A stretch of DNA of 64,000 nucleotides from NCBI GenBank assembly GCA_027923505.1, contig BROI01000002.1:806001-870000 (forward strand), written 5' to 3'. The stretch comes from Mayamaea pseudoterrestris. Its lineage: Eukaryota. Of this stretch, positions 11,262 through 21,688 are shown piece by piece (position 1 is the first letter of the stretch; every line of letters starts with the position of its first letter). The notes below the pieces were generated by a model. The model did not search any database. It was not told where the DNA came from and saw only the letters and a list, made by a program, of their open reading frames with translations. A program made the position numbers and the translations under genes.

Positions 11262-12745
11262 ATGAGATGCAGCAGTAAAGGTTTGATAGCATACTTGGGT
11301 TTCATTACTCCTGCTAAAGCCTTCCATTTAACGAGTCGTCAAGCGGCTCATCATCATTCTATTCATTCGCGACACTCGATGATGTCCAATGCACCATTAG
11401 TAACTTTACCCAAAATCTCCAAGAGAATAGAAAAGACGCTGGATCCATGTGTCGTGCTCATGAAGGAAATGATTGGGTCATATTCGGCCGAATGGCAAGA
11501 CCGAGGAGGTATATACAGCTTGGCGCAAGGCGTCGTTTACTGGAAACCTCCTCCGACAGCACAATCGGCACTCTTGGAAGCTGTCCAACAATCGAGCGAG
11601 CCAGAAAGTACTTTGCACATGTATGGTCCAGATGAAGGTTTGCCGGAACTCCGTCAAGTCTTGCAGGAAAAGATTCAAACCGAGAATCTATTGAATAACC
11701 ATCACGTCATGGTTACGGTTGGCGCCAATCAGGCTTACATGAACTGCGTCTTGACACTATTGGAATCCAATAACAAGGCAGTCGTTTTCAAGCCCTACTA
11801 CTTTAACCATGTCATGGCGCTGCAAATGGTCTTGTCGGATGCGGATGAGCAACTGTTGGTCGGACCGAGCAGCGAAAACGGCATTCCCGATTTAGCTTGG
11901 CTGGAAGCGCAGCTTCAAGCTGACCCTTTCATCAAAGTGGTAACCATGACCAATCCCTGCAATCCTACTGGAGTGTTACTGGAAAGATCCGTCGTGCAGC
12001 AAGCTGTAGACTTGTGTCGCAAGCAAGACGTTTGGCTCGTCTTGGACTGCACGTACGAGTACTTTGTTTCCGACAGCTTTGATGGCTGCTTTTCCGATGC
12101 TCACGTCATTCACATTTTTTCCTTGAGCAAGGCCTATGCACTGGCTGGGTATCGATGCGGGTACATGGTCATGAGCAAAAGTGCTGATCCGCTCTATCAG
12201 CAAGTCATGAAGGTGCAAGGTGAGTGAATGGAATATCAGAGTTACCGTTCGTATTTCGTCGCCATGAATTCACTGACGCAGCCATGCGTCAGACACTATC
12301 CCAATCTGCCCCAGCACAATCTCGCAAGTTGCTGCACTTGGCTCGCTCCAGGCTGGTCGAGATTGGGTGCGCGACAAGGTTGCAACCTTGTCAGCGGGTC
12401 GTGATGCAATTTTCAAGGCACTCGCGCCGTGCATTCAGGTCATGGGCGGTTCCGGTGCCATGTATGTCATGTGCAAAATAGATGGAGATGATCAGGAGTT
12501 TGCGCGACGACTCGTTCAGGATTACGGTGTCGCTGTTATTCCTGGATCCTTTTGTGGATATCCGGGCTGGCTGCGCGTGTGCTACGCCAACCTACCGCCC
12601 GCTCAGTGTTTGGAGGTACGCTCTCGGTCTGTGTTACTGTACATGCTATAGACAAGGTATGATGACTCACAATTCTTCTCTTTATTAGGCGGCTGAGCGC
12701 CTGGCTTTGGGCTTGAAGGAGTTGCTGGCAAAGACAGAAAAGTGA
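11262..12745 (+). CDS. PLP-dependent class I/II aminotransferase (ISS1/VAS1-like), probably plastid-targeted (3 exons)
   Basis: Exons 11262-12219, 12293-12615, 12689-12745. Motifs SLAQG, YGPDEGLPELR, NPCNPTG, SLSKAYALAGYRCG, and QDTIPICP across intron 1. N-terminus has an AKA-F cleavage motif. Confidence 0.88.
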
Positions 12746-12888
12746 AACATCCCATGCTCGACTTTTCTTGCGCGCCATTTGCGTTAAAATTGATTGGCAC
12801 TCATTGTGTCAAGATAAAAGTTTGTTATGAAATAGGTTTTAACTTTGGACAGGATTAATATACAAGGCGTCATATAAGCATTTCCCTC

Positions 12889-14253
12889 TCACTTCTCGTC
12901 TGATATTCGAAACAAATCCTGCAGCTTTATCCGAGTTCTTGTCTCGTTCGCCATAGTGGACACTTGGTAGCTAGCCAACAAGATCTTGGCCTTTTCCACT
13001 CCAACATTATCAATAAAGCCGCGCAACCACGACCGCATATAATAGTCTGGTCCCTCATGTACGTTTGACTTGTAGTGAAACAAGTCATAGGTCCGTCGAC
13101 TATCATTGCGGGCATTGTAGCGATCCCACGGTCCGATATAGTGCGACACAGTCAGTGGATACCGCTGCACGTCGTCAAACTTGATTTGAAACAAGGTGCG
13201 GCACAGCGCCTTGCTCGGTCGATGAATGCTAAAGAGCTTGGTGTACATTTCATCGTCCGCTGGTACGCGCGAAACGTCAATAATCACCTTTGGTTGTCCG
13301 TTCCGCTCCTTGTCGTCGTCGGTGGTATGATACCACCATCGAAGAGTTTCAAACTTGCGTGCATTGTAGCCGGATGGCGTCGTGGCAGCTATTGCGGCAG
13401 CCTTTGCCGTGTCGTCCTTTTCGACAGACCCAAAGAGTACGCGCGGCATGGACAAGCAAGGCAAATTAATCTTTTCATATAAATAAGCGTCGCGATACAT
13501 GCTGCTCAAGTAGTTGAACAAGCCGTCGGGTTGCTTCAATGATGGAACTGGTAACACGCCACGCAAATCACCCTTGCGCTTGTGTCGATTCAGTACCACA
13601 TACTCGTCGGTATCTATATGCATGGTCAGTGTTCGTCCAGCGTCGCGATGAAACGACAAACACTTGCTCAGAAACGAGACTTGCCGAAATCGGTGATTCG
13701 CAATGCGCACCTTGTCGTCACGCGTCGCCGTGCAGTCAACCACGTTGCAGGTTGGAATGCGCAGCCACCGCGATCGATTGCTGTCGAGTGCGACGCGATT
13801 CGGTTCAATGAAATTGCCAGTCTTGAGAAAGGACTCCGGCATGTACTGCGTGTCGTTCCATGTAACAATCTGCAGATCCGTCAAGTTGCGCCATGTTGCA
13901 AAGACTTGCTCGGGTGACGATTGGCTGCTGGGATCAATGGCGACAAGCAAGTGTCGCATTCGCATGGTATGGTAGTGGTAAGCGATCCATTCATTGAGCA
14001 ATACATTGTCATCCTTAATTAGCAGGCAGGCTGATAGACTGTCTGGAGTTATAGTACTGCTACTATTGCTGCCTGCTAATGAATATTGTTCCACGGTGAT
14101 GCGTCGCTGAAAGGCTCGCAAGTGCTGCTCGAGGGCCGAACCATTGACGAAGCGCAAGTCTCGATCTCTGCATATCAATGTGACATTGACAGATATGACA
14201 GACAGTAGTGCTGCAGCCAAGACAATGATTGCAGGTCGATGCATGGACTGCAT
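12889..14253 (-). CDS. GT-A fold glycosyltransferase (GT92/GT2-like), type II membrane protein
   Basis: N-terminal TM helix, SACLLIKDDN.LLNEWIAYHY, DxD motif HIDTDEY. Confidence 0.75.
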   Translation of the reverse strand: MQSMHRPAIIVLAAALLSVISVNVTLICRDRDLRFVNGSALEQHLRAFQRRITVEQYSLAGSNSSSTITPDSLSACLLIKDDNVLLNEWIAYHYHTMRMRHLLVAIDPSSQSSPEQVFATWRNLTDLQIVTWNDTQYMPESFLKTGNFIEPNRVALDSNRSRWLRIPTCNVVDCTATRDDKVRIANHRFRQVSFLSKCLSFHRDAGRTLTMHIDTDEYVVLNRHKRKGDLRGVLPVPSLKQPDGLFNYLSSMYRDAYLYEKINLPCLSMPRVLFGSVEKDDTAKAAAIAATTPSGYNARKFETLRWWYHTTDDDKERNGQPKVIIDVSRVPADDEMYTKLFSIHRPSKALCRTLFQIKFDDVQRYPLTVSHYIGPWDRYNARNDSRRTYDLFHYKSNVHEGPDYYMRSWLRGFIDNVGVEKAKILLASYQVSTMANETRTRIKLQDLFRISDEK

Positions 14254-14548
14254 CTTGTTCGAAAATGGTCGTGATGGTTGTTTTGCAGCGCGCAGCTCGT
14301 CCCTCGCGGAAGCGCCGAAACCGTTTGGTTACACGAGTCGCGCCAGTCGGCTCGTAAGATACTGTCTCAGCGTTAGCCAGTACGACATTTTAGCGAGAAA
14401 AGGTGCCGACGAATGGAACGACGCAACGCTCACACATAATGAGGTGACTCCTTCATCTTTATCACCCTTTGCACTCATCCCCGCTTCGAGCACCAAACGA
14501 GCGACCAAGGCATCATTGGTTACAATCTTAATAGCATTATAGATCAAT

Positions 14549-16126
14549 ATGGATGCCAATCACAGCGACAGCCATCAAGATTCAGCAGCAACTGCTGCCA
14601 AGGAACAATTGTCTCTTCATGTTTCGAACGAGGATTTTGCTGACCAAAATGACGACGAATGGATGACATCGTTCCAAGACTTTCAAAGCAGCAAACATCC
14701 AGTGACTGGCAAGTATGTCATGACTGCAACGCGACTTGCATGGTTGCAAACGCAGGAGGTCTTGTACGCTCGTCGTCAAAATCCGCGCATTCTGTCAAAT
14801 GACCGCCTCGCAAGGCTCAAGAGTCTTGGCTTTTTCGCGCATGATACGTCAGTGTCATCGCTACCAAGTCATGCTGAACCGATCGTGACAGTGTCTTCAA
14901 CTCCGGGCTCCCACATTTCGCCGCGCAACGAGTCGAATGAATCATGCTCGCATCATTCTCATTCTAGTAATGCGTCGCCAAGTGCGCGGCAAAAGCGTTT
15001 GCGGCTACCAATAGTAGATGCATCCAACTGGATACTTCCGCCGGGTCGCGAGAAACACTGCTGCCCAGACTACGAATCTAGACAATGCTGCGCTCAAAAG
15101 GACAAGTGCCACTTCATTCATTTACAGTATCCATGGGGTCATGCTGCTATTGAACAATATTGGCCAAGGTGCTCCCAGCGACTGCCGTCGTATCTTAGCC
15201 AGAGAAAGTATAATGAGCGCGTCTTGTGTTTGTCAACTTTTTGTGACGATGATTGGTGGTATACCGCTCGATATTCATCTGATAGCTTGGACCCTGCCGA
15301 TGAGGGCAAAATGATCGTTTTAGCTGAAGGCGGTCGAACGGCTTGCCGGAGTGAACAAGGAATTTACTGGTACCCATGGGAGAGAGACGCGAAGGAGGCA
15401 CTCGAGCGTGTGGTAATCCTCACGTATTGGGCTTCGCAGCACAGCATTCAAGCGAACCGAGAAATCGTCGGGTCTGCTTTTGATACTATTGCAAGAAAGT
15501 TTTCCGAAACCGCAGCACACATAACCATGCCGACTCAAGAAAGAAAGCGGCAATTCTCAGAAGCTGATCTTGAAACTACTGACGATGAAGAGCGTGACCG
15601 CCCCGTAAAGCTTCGCTGGAATGCTACAGACAGGGACGAACTTGACGGTTTTCAGCTCACACCTGAACTAAAGCGTCTCGCGGCGCTGCAGAAACAAGTG
15701 GAACAACTTGCGTCGTCACTCAACGTTGGCGACATGTTGCCGATGGGACCTCTTTCGTATCTTGAACGCGCGGTTGTCACAGACACAGCATCGAAGCGTG
15801 GTCTTGGCTACTACATAGAGCTAGTTTTAGAGAAAGCTGAATGTTCGACGAAGGGGTCTCTCAAGAACAAGGCTACCCGGAAACACATAACGATTGTGAA
15901 CTCTTCGTACAATATGCAATTCCAAAAGTATCGCGCTTCATGCAAACCTGCAGATATACGCCCGCCAATGATCAATGTTAAAGGGAGAGTTTTGCCTATG
16001 TGCATCGCTTACCATGTCCGAGGCCAATGTTGGTCTAGTTGTGCAAAACAACATGACCACCACCGTCACAATGAAGAGCAAGACAAAGAGTTATTGCATT
16101 GGTGCAGTCTTGCCTTTTGTCACTAG
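14549..16126 (+). CDS. Hypothetical protein with degenerate HA repeat and two CCCH-like zinc fingers
   Basis: 525-aa ORF. HA-like WMTSFQ...LAWLQTQ...LSNDRLARLKSLGF, plus CPDYESRQCCAQKDKCHFIH and CIAYHVRGQCWSSCAKQHDH. Confidence 0.6.
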   Translation: MDANHSDSHQDSAATAAKEQLSLHVSNEDFADQNDDEWMTSFQDFQSSKHPVTGKYVMTATRLAWLQTQEVLYARRQNPRILSNDRLARLKSLGFFAHDTSVSSLPSHAEPIVTVSSTPGSHISPRNESNESCSHHSHSSNASPSARQKRLRLPIVDASNWILPPGREKHCCPDYESRQCCAQKDKCHFIHLQYPWGHAAIEQYWPRCSQRLPSYLSQRKYNERVLCLSTFCDDDWWYTARYSSDSLDPADEGKMIVLAEGGRTACRSEQGIYWYPWERDAKEALERVVILTYWASQHSIQANREIVGSAFDTIARKFSETAAHITMPTQERKRQFSEADLETTDDEERDRPVKLRWNATDRDELDGFQLTPELKRLAALQKQVEQLASSLNVGDMLPMGPLSYLERAVVTDTASKRGLGYYIELVLEKAECSTKGSLKNKATRKHITIVNSSYNMQFQKYRASCKPADIRPPMINVKGRVLPMCIAYHVRGQCWSSCAKQHDHHRHNEEQDKELLHWCSLAFCH

Positions 16127-16374
16127 CCTTACCAACACCACATTTTTTCAAGAATAACAACCTGTTCATTTATTCATCTACCAATTTTCTTGTCGCGCAA
16201 CGAGGAACTTTAACTGTAAGTATGAATGCTCCGTTCGTCGAAGATAGCAAAACCCGCATCCATGATTTTTGGCGATTTCAACACCGATAAGACAAAACGA
16301 GTCGCGATCCGACATGCGTCCTGGTGCATGGCTGTTCGACCACCATGGGATTCACAATCAACGACGCAGAAAGC

Positions 16375-19300
16375 ATGGTGAAAGAAAAGACAAAGACACG
16401 TCTTGACAAGGGAGGAAGTCGAGTGGAATTTATTGGATTTGGGGCTTTTGATGGACCGTCGTCTCCTTCAGCTACCGACGGAGGAGCTGCCGCTGCAAAT
16501 TCACCCTTTGCGTCCGCTCATCCAGTTTCATCCTGGACACCTGTCTACTACGGATCAGAAAGCGAAATCCGTCTGCTATTTCCTCGCATTAGTCAAAAGA
16601 AGGATGCCATTACCAAAGTTAAGGCGCTCCGAGAGCTCGCAACATATTTTTGCTCTGACGACATTCCAAAAAAGCTCCAAGCCGAAACGCTTGCCCATTT
16701 CGCCTGGCTATATCATCATAAGCTTGCATACGACGTGCAGCCTCCCGTTCGCGCCGAGTCGCTGAGTGTTTGGAAGGCGGCGGCCGATCGGATTCCAAAG
16801 GCGTGCAAAACATTCATGGAGTACTACCCCGAGCTATGTGGAATGCTTTACATTGCGCAGTGCGATTCCGACGCTCAAGTTGCCTTGCAGTATCGCAATA
16901 CAATCGAAACAGTGTACGAGCGTACTAGGAAAGATTGGCCATGGCAGGAAGGCTTGATGGAGTATGTGCACCGCATTCTATCGTACGGAAAACCATCGGT
17001 AATGCATCAAGCACTCTTTGCGAAAAAGAAGCAACCTGATGAAGCATCATCATCATCATTGACGCAACAACTCAATGAACAGCAACGAGACGAAATAGAA
17101 GAGCGCTTTGAGCGAATCGTTGGCATGACGCTGGCGGCACTGGACACGTATATTGGTCGGGATTCTTCCGAATTGACACTGAATGAACCGCAAACTATCT
17201 GGTTTCAGACGATGACCAGTTCTAAGCCAAGTCTTCGCTTTAAAACGTACCAGCTGCTCAATACTTGCATTTTAAAGAACTTGGAACAGCTCTTACCCAT
17301 CGACTTGGTCACGATGCTGGGCCGAAAAGTACTGCTGTCGGAACGAGAAGCTAGCAATATTCCAACCTTGCTCGAAACAATACTAGTGGTGCTCTCCAAG
17401 CAGCGGCAACATACAACTCTTTTTCAAAAACCATTGCAAAAGATGCTGTCAAAAGCATGCTACGGAGCGCGAGTCAGTGCTTGGGGTCCAACAATTTTGC
17501 CGCTACTCAGTTTCTTTGACAATAAACTGCCCTTGCTGCAAGCTTTGCAGGACGGAAGACCATTGGGAGCGGTTGACACGTGGCAGTTGCAGGAAGTCAT
17601 TATCGAGTGCAGCGCGTTTGCGCTACTCCAGCGGACAAGTAACAGTGAAAGCAACGGAAAAGTAGAAGATGCAAAAATGGTGTGCCAAGTGTGGCTCAAG
17701 GCGTTTTATGGGACAATGCTGACGCCGATATCCTTGTCCCCGGCGGCACAGGCTGCACATGGTGCAGTGATGCAGGAGCTGGCTAAATCGTTGCTTCGTT
17801 TTGAGGATGCTTGCATGCAGCAACGTGATTGCGACATTTCCTTGGTTCGTGATTGGTTTTGGGCGGAGGGAATCCGGATTGAAGCCAACACAGATCCCAT
17901 CGCCGTTGCCGCACTGTTAACAGCGGCTCGTACCTTGTCGAAGAATTCCAAAGAAAAATCGCTATTATTTCCTGCCATACATCCTTTCTTTTCAAGTACC
18001 TTGGAGAAGTACCGAGGGTCTTCAGGATCAGTGCCAAGCGATGGTGCGTATCGCATGTTCACGGAGGCGTTACAGTTTTTTGGCCCGTCGACAATACTCA
18101 ATAATAATACGCTGGAACGCTTTGTCATGAACGATCTTCTACGGTGGTTAGTCATCCATACAAGTGCATTGTCGACGCATGACCAGAACGATAGATTGGT
18201 CAAGTACGATTTTGGCCTGCTCGCGGTTTCCCTGGAAGATTTTGGCGCGGAGGCAACGAAGATCTGGCAATCAGTGCTGACCGAAATTGTGGCGGCCAAG
18301 TGCTCGCTTAGTTTGCTCGTGCCCGGACTTGAAAGTCTTTTAAAATCTAAAAACACTTTTGAATGGATTACATGTCCAATTTTCGATCAGTTTGCACAAG
18401 AAGTTGGGCTTGGTGTAATTGAGGTTGATGACACAAACGGTAGGAAAGACAAGATGAAAGGCGCCGCGAATTTAAGTTTTCTGCGCATGTGTTTGGGTAT
18501 ACCTTGTCATCACATTTTGGTGAGCGACAAAGTACTCGCAGTCTGGATTGATCGTGGTTGTCTATCTCTAAATGTCTCATCTGCCGACCAAGGCGTGGAT
18601 TCTACAATCCTACTCCAGGTCTTGGTTGAATTGGTTGCGAAGCACCCTGTGACTTTAAACGAAAAAGATGTTGATCGTATTATGTTGACCTCGTGGTATT
18701 ATGGGAGTGATTTTTTCGAAAATACGGCTCTGAGCGTCCTTAGTCAACGACCGTCAGCTACCCAACGATTCACAAAGAACGCATCAAATTATCTATCACA
18801 GGAGCTAGAAGCGTTGTGCACATGTTCTGAAAACGATGTACTCGCTTTAAAATGTGATCCGCGAAGGTGGTCAGAACATGCTTGGCAATTTGTTACTGCA
18901 TGCCGATTGTTATCTACAATGGACGCCGACACCATACCATCACTGGCCCTTTTCGGACTGGCCGACCTTCATCTTTGGAAGAAATACCCAGTTGTTCTAC
19001 ATGATTGCGCTGTTTTGTTTTTCGGTGGAATTACATCTTCAAAAGAAAAGATTGCACTTGTTGAACGATCTTGTGACGACGCGTCCATATTTCTTGCCAC
19101 TATCCTTGTGTCGCTGTCGCAGGCGAGCGCCGACGCGTACGAAGCCATGATTGTAAAGGCAGCCAAGGACCGCGCTTGCTCATTTCTTTCTTGTCTTGGA
19201 GGAGACGATTTGGAAGCAGAGTTTTTGATAAAACTGGCAGACGCAATTTTGCTTCGAGCGTCGAAAATTCGATTGCCAGAGGACGTCGACGCCTTGCGAA

Positions 19301-21519
19301 AAAATATAGCTTTGGCTGCCCAAGTGCTCGGCATTCTTTTCGAACCCGCTGGACATCTAACTGATGAGAAAATTCAGCCTGAAAGAGTCAGAGAAGGTAT
19401 GAAACTCTGGTACATAACCGATGTTGACCAACCTGACGTCCATCGATCAAGCGTCGAAGTCGTTAAAGTTCATTATGACGCGCAAGCGGGCTATTACTTC
19501 TCGATTAAGTTGGGCTCACAGGAACGTCAGACAGTTGCCGAACGACTGAGATACAAGCCGAGTGTGCCGTCAACTTTAAAGGACGATCACACTGGCATGT
19601 TGGAGAGCCTACGTAATTCCTTGCTGCAACTGATTCGATCTCTTTTCGATTTGAAAACGCCTGCACCGCTTGTTGGCGAACTGATCAATGTGCTCTGCAA
19701 TGTTGTGGGCCTAGACAACGCTCGTGGCATTGGGTCCGATCATTATGCACTCGTCTCTCTCACTGCGTCCATCGAAGCTGAAATACGTACCTCGCTTGAA
19801 CAGAAACGTGTGGATGGCCTTTCTTCTGCTTTATGGACCGTCGCTTGTGCGAGAGGTTTTGGTATTAATGTCCCATCAACCGGCTCTTTCAGCTGTACTC
19901 TTCCGTTTGACCCAAAACAGACGGCGACTGCTCTATCGCGATTTTATGATGGTTGCGGAACTGATGTTCCATTAGCTCTAGACGAGGCTGTTGTTGCGTG
20001 GTTTTCAACAGCGCTTCGCGCTGTCGCTAACGACGAGGACGTGTTGCCAATGATTTTGGATCTTCTATTCAGTCGAGCGTTAATTGTCGCTGAACAATGC
20101 AACATAAGTGGATTTTCTCATCAGGACGCCATCGTTACGAGCGCTTTACTAGCGGCTCTTGAATATGCCCACCGGACGAACACCAACCTTGACAATTCCG
20201 CAGCAATCGCGTTCCGAAAATGGATCTGTAATTTCGCCATGCACTGGGAGAGTGGAACTGTTGCGCCCACATGGATAGAGTATTCAGACTTCCCAGCCAT
20301 CGTGAAATTAGTTCAAGAAAGTGTATTTATCCAAGAATTCGTTCTTCGCTCATTTGAAAGCTCTACTTTAGAGCTACTTAGCGCTGCTTTATTTTGCCAA
20401 AGGAAGCGGCACTTTTCGTTCATGCTACTCCAACTGGCTGGCAGGAGTGGAAAGCCTTATTTTGAAGATATACCCTTTACTTCCGAAACATTAAGCCATT
20501 TACAAGAGTGGACCCATGGATTTGAACCTGAAGAGGCCGAGGTAGTTGAAGAGGACGTTGAGATAGTTTCGCGGTGGCTTCCAAGAAGGTTTATGATCGA
20601 AATTGAACATTGGGGAGCGGAAATCTTTGAGGATACGGACGACCAGACAACTGTTGCTCGTCTACTCATGTGGATTTGCGTGCTACTGCATGTCGACGTT
20701 TGTTCTTTGAAAGGATTCCGTTTTCGTCCGGCTTTTCTTTCGTACCTGAGCGAAAGTGGTGCCGTGTATGCTGCTTTGAATTTGGCTGTACTCAACGACG
20801 AAGCCATCAACAATGACAGCAAAATAGCTCCTGCGCTGCTCGATGTGGATGTGCTTTTACTCGATCCGACACTTTTCCAGGTCACGAAACTTGCTTCGCT
20901 AGTCTTGCTGCAGACAATTGATGTCCTTCCTTCCCTTTCTAGGAAATGGTATGATGAGAGCTGCCCAAAAGTGTATATATCGGACGTGCAGAGCTTTGTC
21001 GAGCGATACGTTGCACCCGAGCTGCTGCAAAGGGAGCTCAATCGTGTGCGTGCCAGAGACTCAGGTTTTGGAACAATGGAAGTGATTGCAAATTCATCAA
21101 CGAGAGAAGTGAAGGCTGTTTATACTCAAGACGACTTCACTCTTTCCGTTTTGATTACACTTCCCGCTGCTTTCCCATTTCGAAGTGCGGAAGTCGATTG
21201 CAGTAAAACTATTGGCGTACCTGCGGATCGTCTCAAGCGCTGGAGCCTACAGATACGAACGATGCTAAATAACCAAGGTGGGACGTTACAAGACGCTTTA
21301 AAGCTGTGGAAAGATAATGTTGACAAGGAGTTCGAAGGGGTGGAGCCTTGTCCCGTTTGTTATTCAGTGCTGCACGCTAAAACCCACAAGCTTCCCACAC
21401 TCAAGTGCAAGATTTGCTCCAACCGTTTTCATTTTGATTGTCTTAATCAATGGTTTCGAAGTTCCGGCAAGAATCAATGCGTATTGTGCCAGCAGCCATG
21501 GCAAGGGACGCATGTCTGA
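16375..21519 (+). CDS. LTN1: E3 ubiquitin-protein ligase listerin (ribosome quality control)
   Basis: About 1715 aa, intronless. N-terminal FIGFGAF and QKKDAITKVKALREL, HEAT-like body, RWD-like region and C-terminal RING FEGVEPCPVCYSVLH...CKICSNRFHFDCLNQWF...CVLC. Start uncertain (16345 or 16375). Confidence 0.93.
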   Translation: MVKEKTKTRLDKGGSRVEFIGFGAFDGPSSPSATDGGAAAANSPFASAHPVSSWTPVYYGSESEIRLLFPRISQKKDAITKVKALRELATYFCSDDIPKKLQAETLAHFAWLYHHKLAYDVQPPVRAESLSVWKAAADRIPKACKTFMEYYPELCGMLYIAQCDSDAQVALQYRNTIETVYERTRKDWPWQEGLMEYVHRILSYGKPSVMHQALFAKKKQPDEASSSSLTQQLNEQQRDEIEERFERIVGMTLAALDTYIGRDSSELTLNEPQTIWFQTMTSSKPSLRFKTYQLLNTCILKNLEQLLPIDLVTMLGRKVLLSEREASNIPTLLETILVVLSKQRQHTTLFQKPLQKMLSKACYGARVSAWGPTILPLLSFFDNKLPLLQALQDGRPLGAVDTWQLQEVIIECSAFALLQRTSNSESNGKVEDAKMVCQVWLKAFYGTMLTPISLSPAAQAAHGAVMQELAKSLLRFEDACMQQRDCDISLVRDWFWAEGIRIEANTDPIAVAALLTAARTLSKNSKEKSLLFPAIHPFFSSTLEKYRGSSGSVPSDGAYRMFTEALQFFGPSTILNNNTLERFVMNDLLRWLVIHTSALSTHDQNDRLVKYDFGLLAVSLEDFGAEATKIWQSVLTEIVAAKCSLSLLVPGLESLLKSKNTFEWITCPIFDQFAQEVGLGVIEVDDTNGRKDKMKGAANLSFLRMCLGIPCHHILVSDKVLAVWIDRGCLSLNVSSADQGVDSTILLQVLVELVAKHPVTLNEKDVDRIMLTSWYYGSDFFENTALSVLSQRPSATQRFTKNASNYLSQELEALCTCSENDVLALKCDPRRWSEHAWQFVTACRLLSTMDADTIPSLALFGLADLHLWKKYPVVLHDCAVLFFGGITSSKEKIALVERSCDDASIFLATILVSLSQASADAYEAMIVKAAKDRACSFLSCLGGDDLEAEFLIKLADAILLRASKIRLPEDVDALRKNIALAAQVLGILFEPAGHLTDEKIQPERVREGMKLWYITDVDQPDVHRSSVEVVKVHYDAQAGYYFSIKLGSQERQTVAERLRYKPSVPSTLKDDHTGMLESLRNSLLQLIRSLFDLKTPAPLVGELINVLCNVVGLDNARGIGSDHYALVSLTASIEAEIRTSLEQKRVDGLSSALWTVACARGFGINVPSTGSFSCTLPFDPKQTATALSRFYDGCGTDVPLALDEAVVAWFSTALRAVANDEDVLPMILDLLFSRALIVAEQCNISGFSHQDAIVTSALLAALEYAHRTNTNLDNSAAIAFRKWICNFAMHWESGTVAPTWIEYSDFPAIVKLVQESVFIQEFVLRSFESSTLELLSAALFCQRKRHFSFMLLQLAGRSGKPYFEDIPFTSETLSHLQEWTHGFEPEEAEVVEEDVEIVSRWLPRRFMIEIEHWGAEIFEDTDDQTTVARLLMWICVLLHVDVCSLKGFRFRPAFLSYLSESGAVYAALNLAVLNDEAINNDSKIAPALLDVDVLLLDPTLFQVTKLASLVLLQTIDVLPSLSRKWYDESCPKVYISDVQSFVERYVAPELLQRELNRVRARDSGFGTMEVIANSSTREVKAVYTQDDFTLSVLITLPAAFPFRSAEVDCSKTIGVPADRLKRWSLQIRTMLNNQGGTLQDALKLWKDNVDKEFEGVEPCPVCYSVLHAKTHKLPTLKCKICSNRFHFDCLNQWFRSSGKNQCVLCQQPWQGTHV

Positions 21520-21688
21520 TCAAGCGTTACGGATGGGGAGCTACGCAATATCATGCCACCATGTGACGTTGGTTTCGCGCCAACTTTGTCGACCTACTAC
21601 CAATCCGGTTGAGTACCTTTACTAAGAATAAGCATGTAAATCAGATATTCTGAGAGTTTAATGCTTTTACTCTTGTATATTGACCTTT

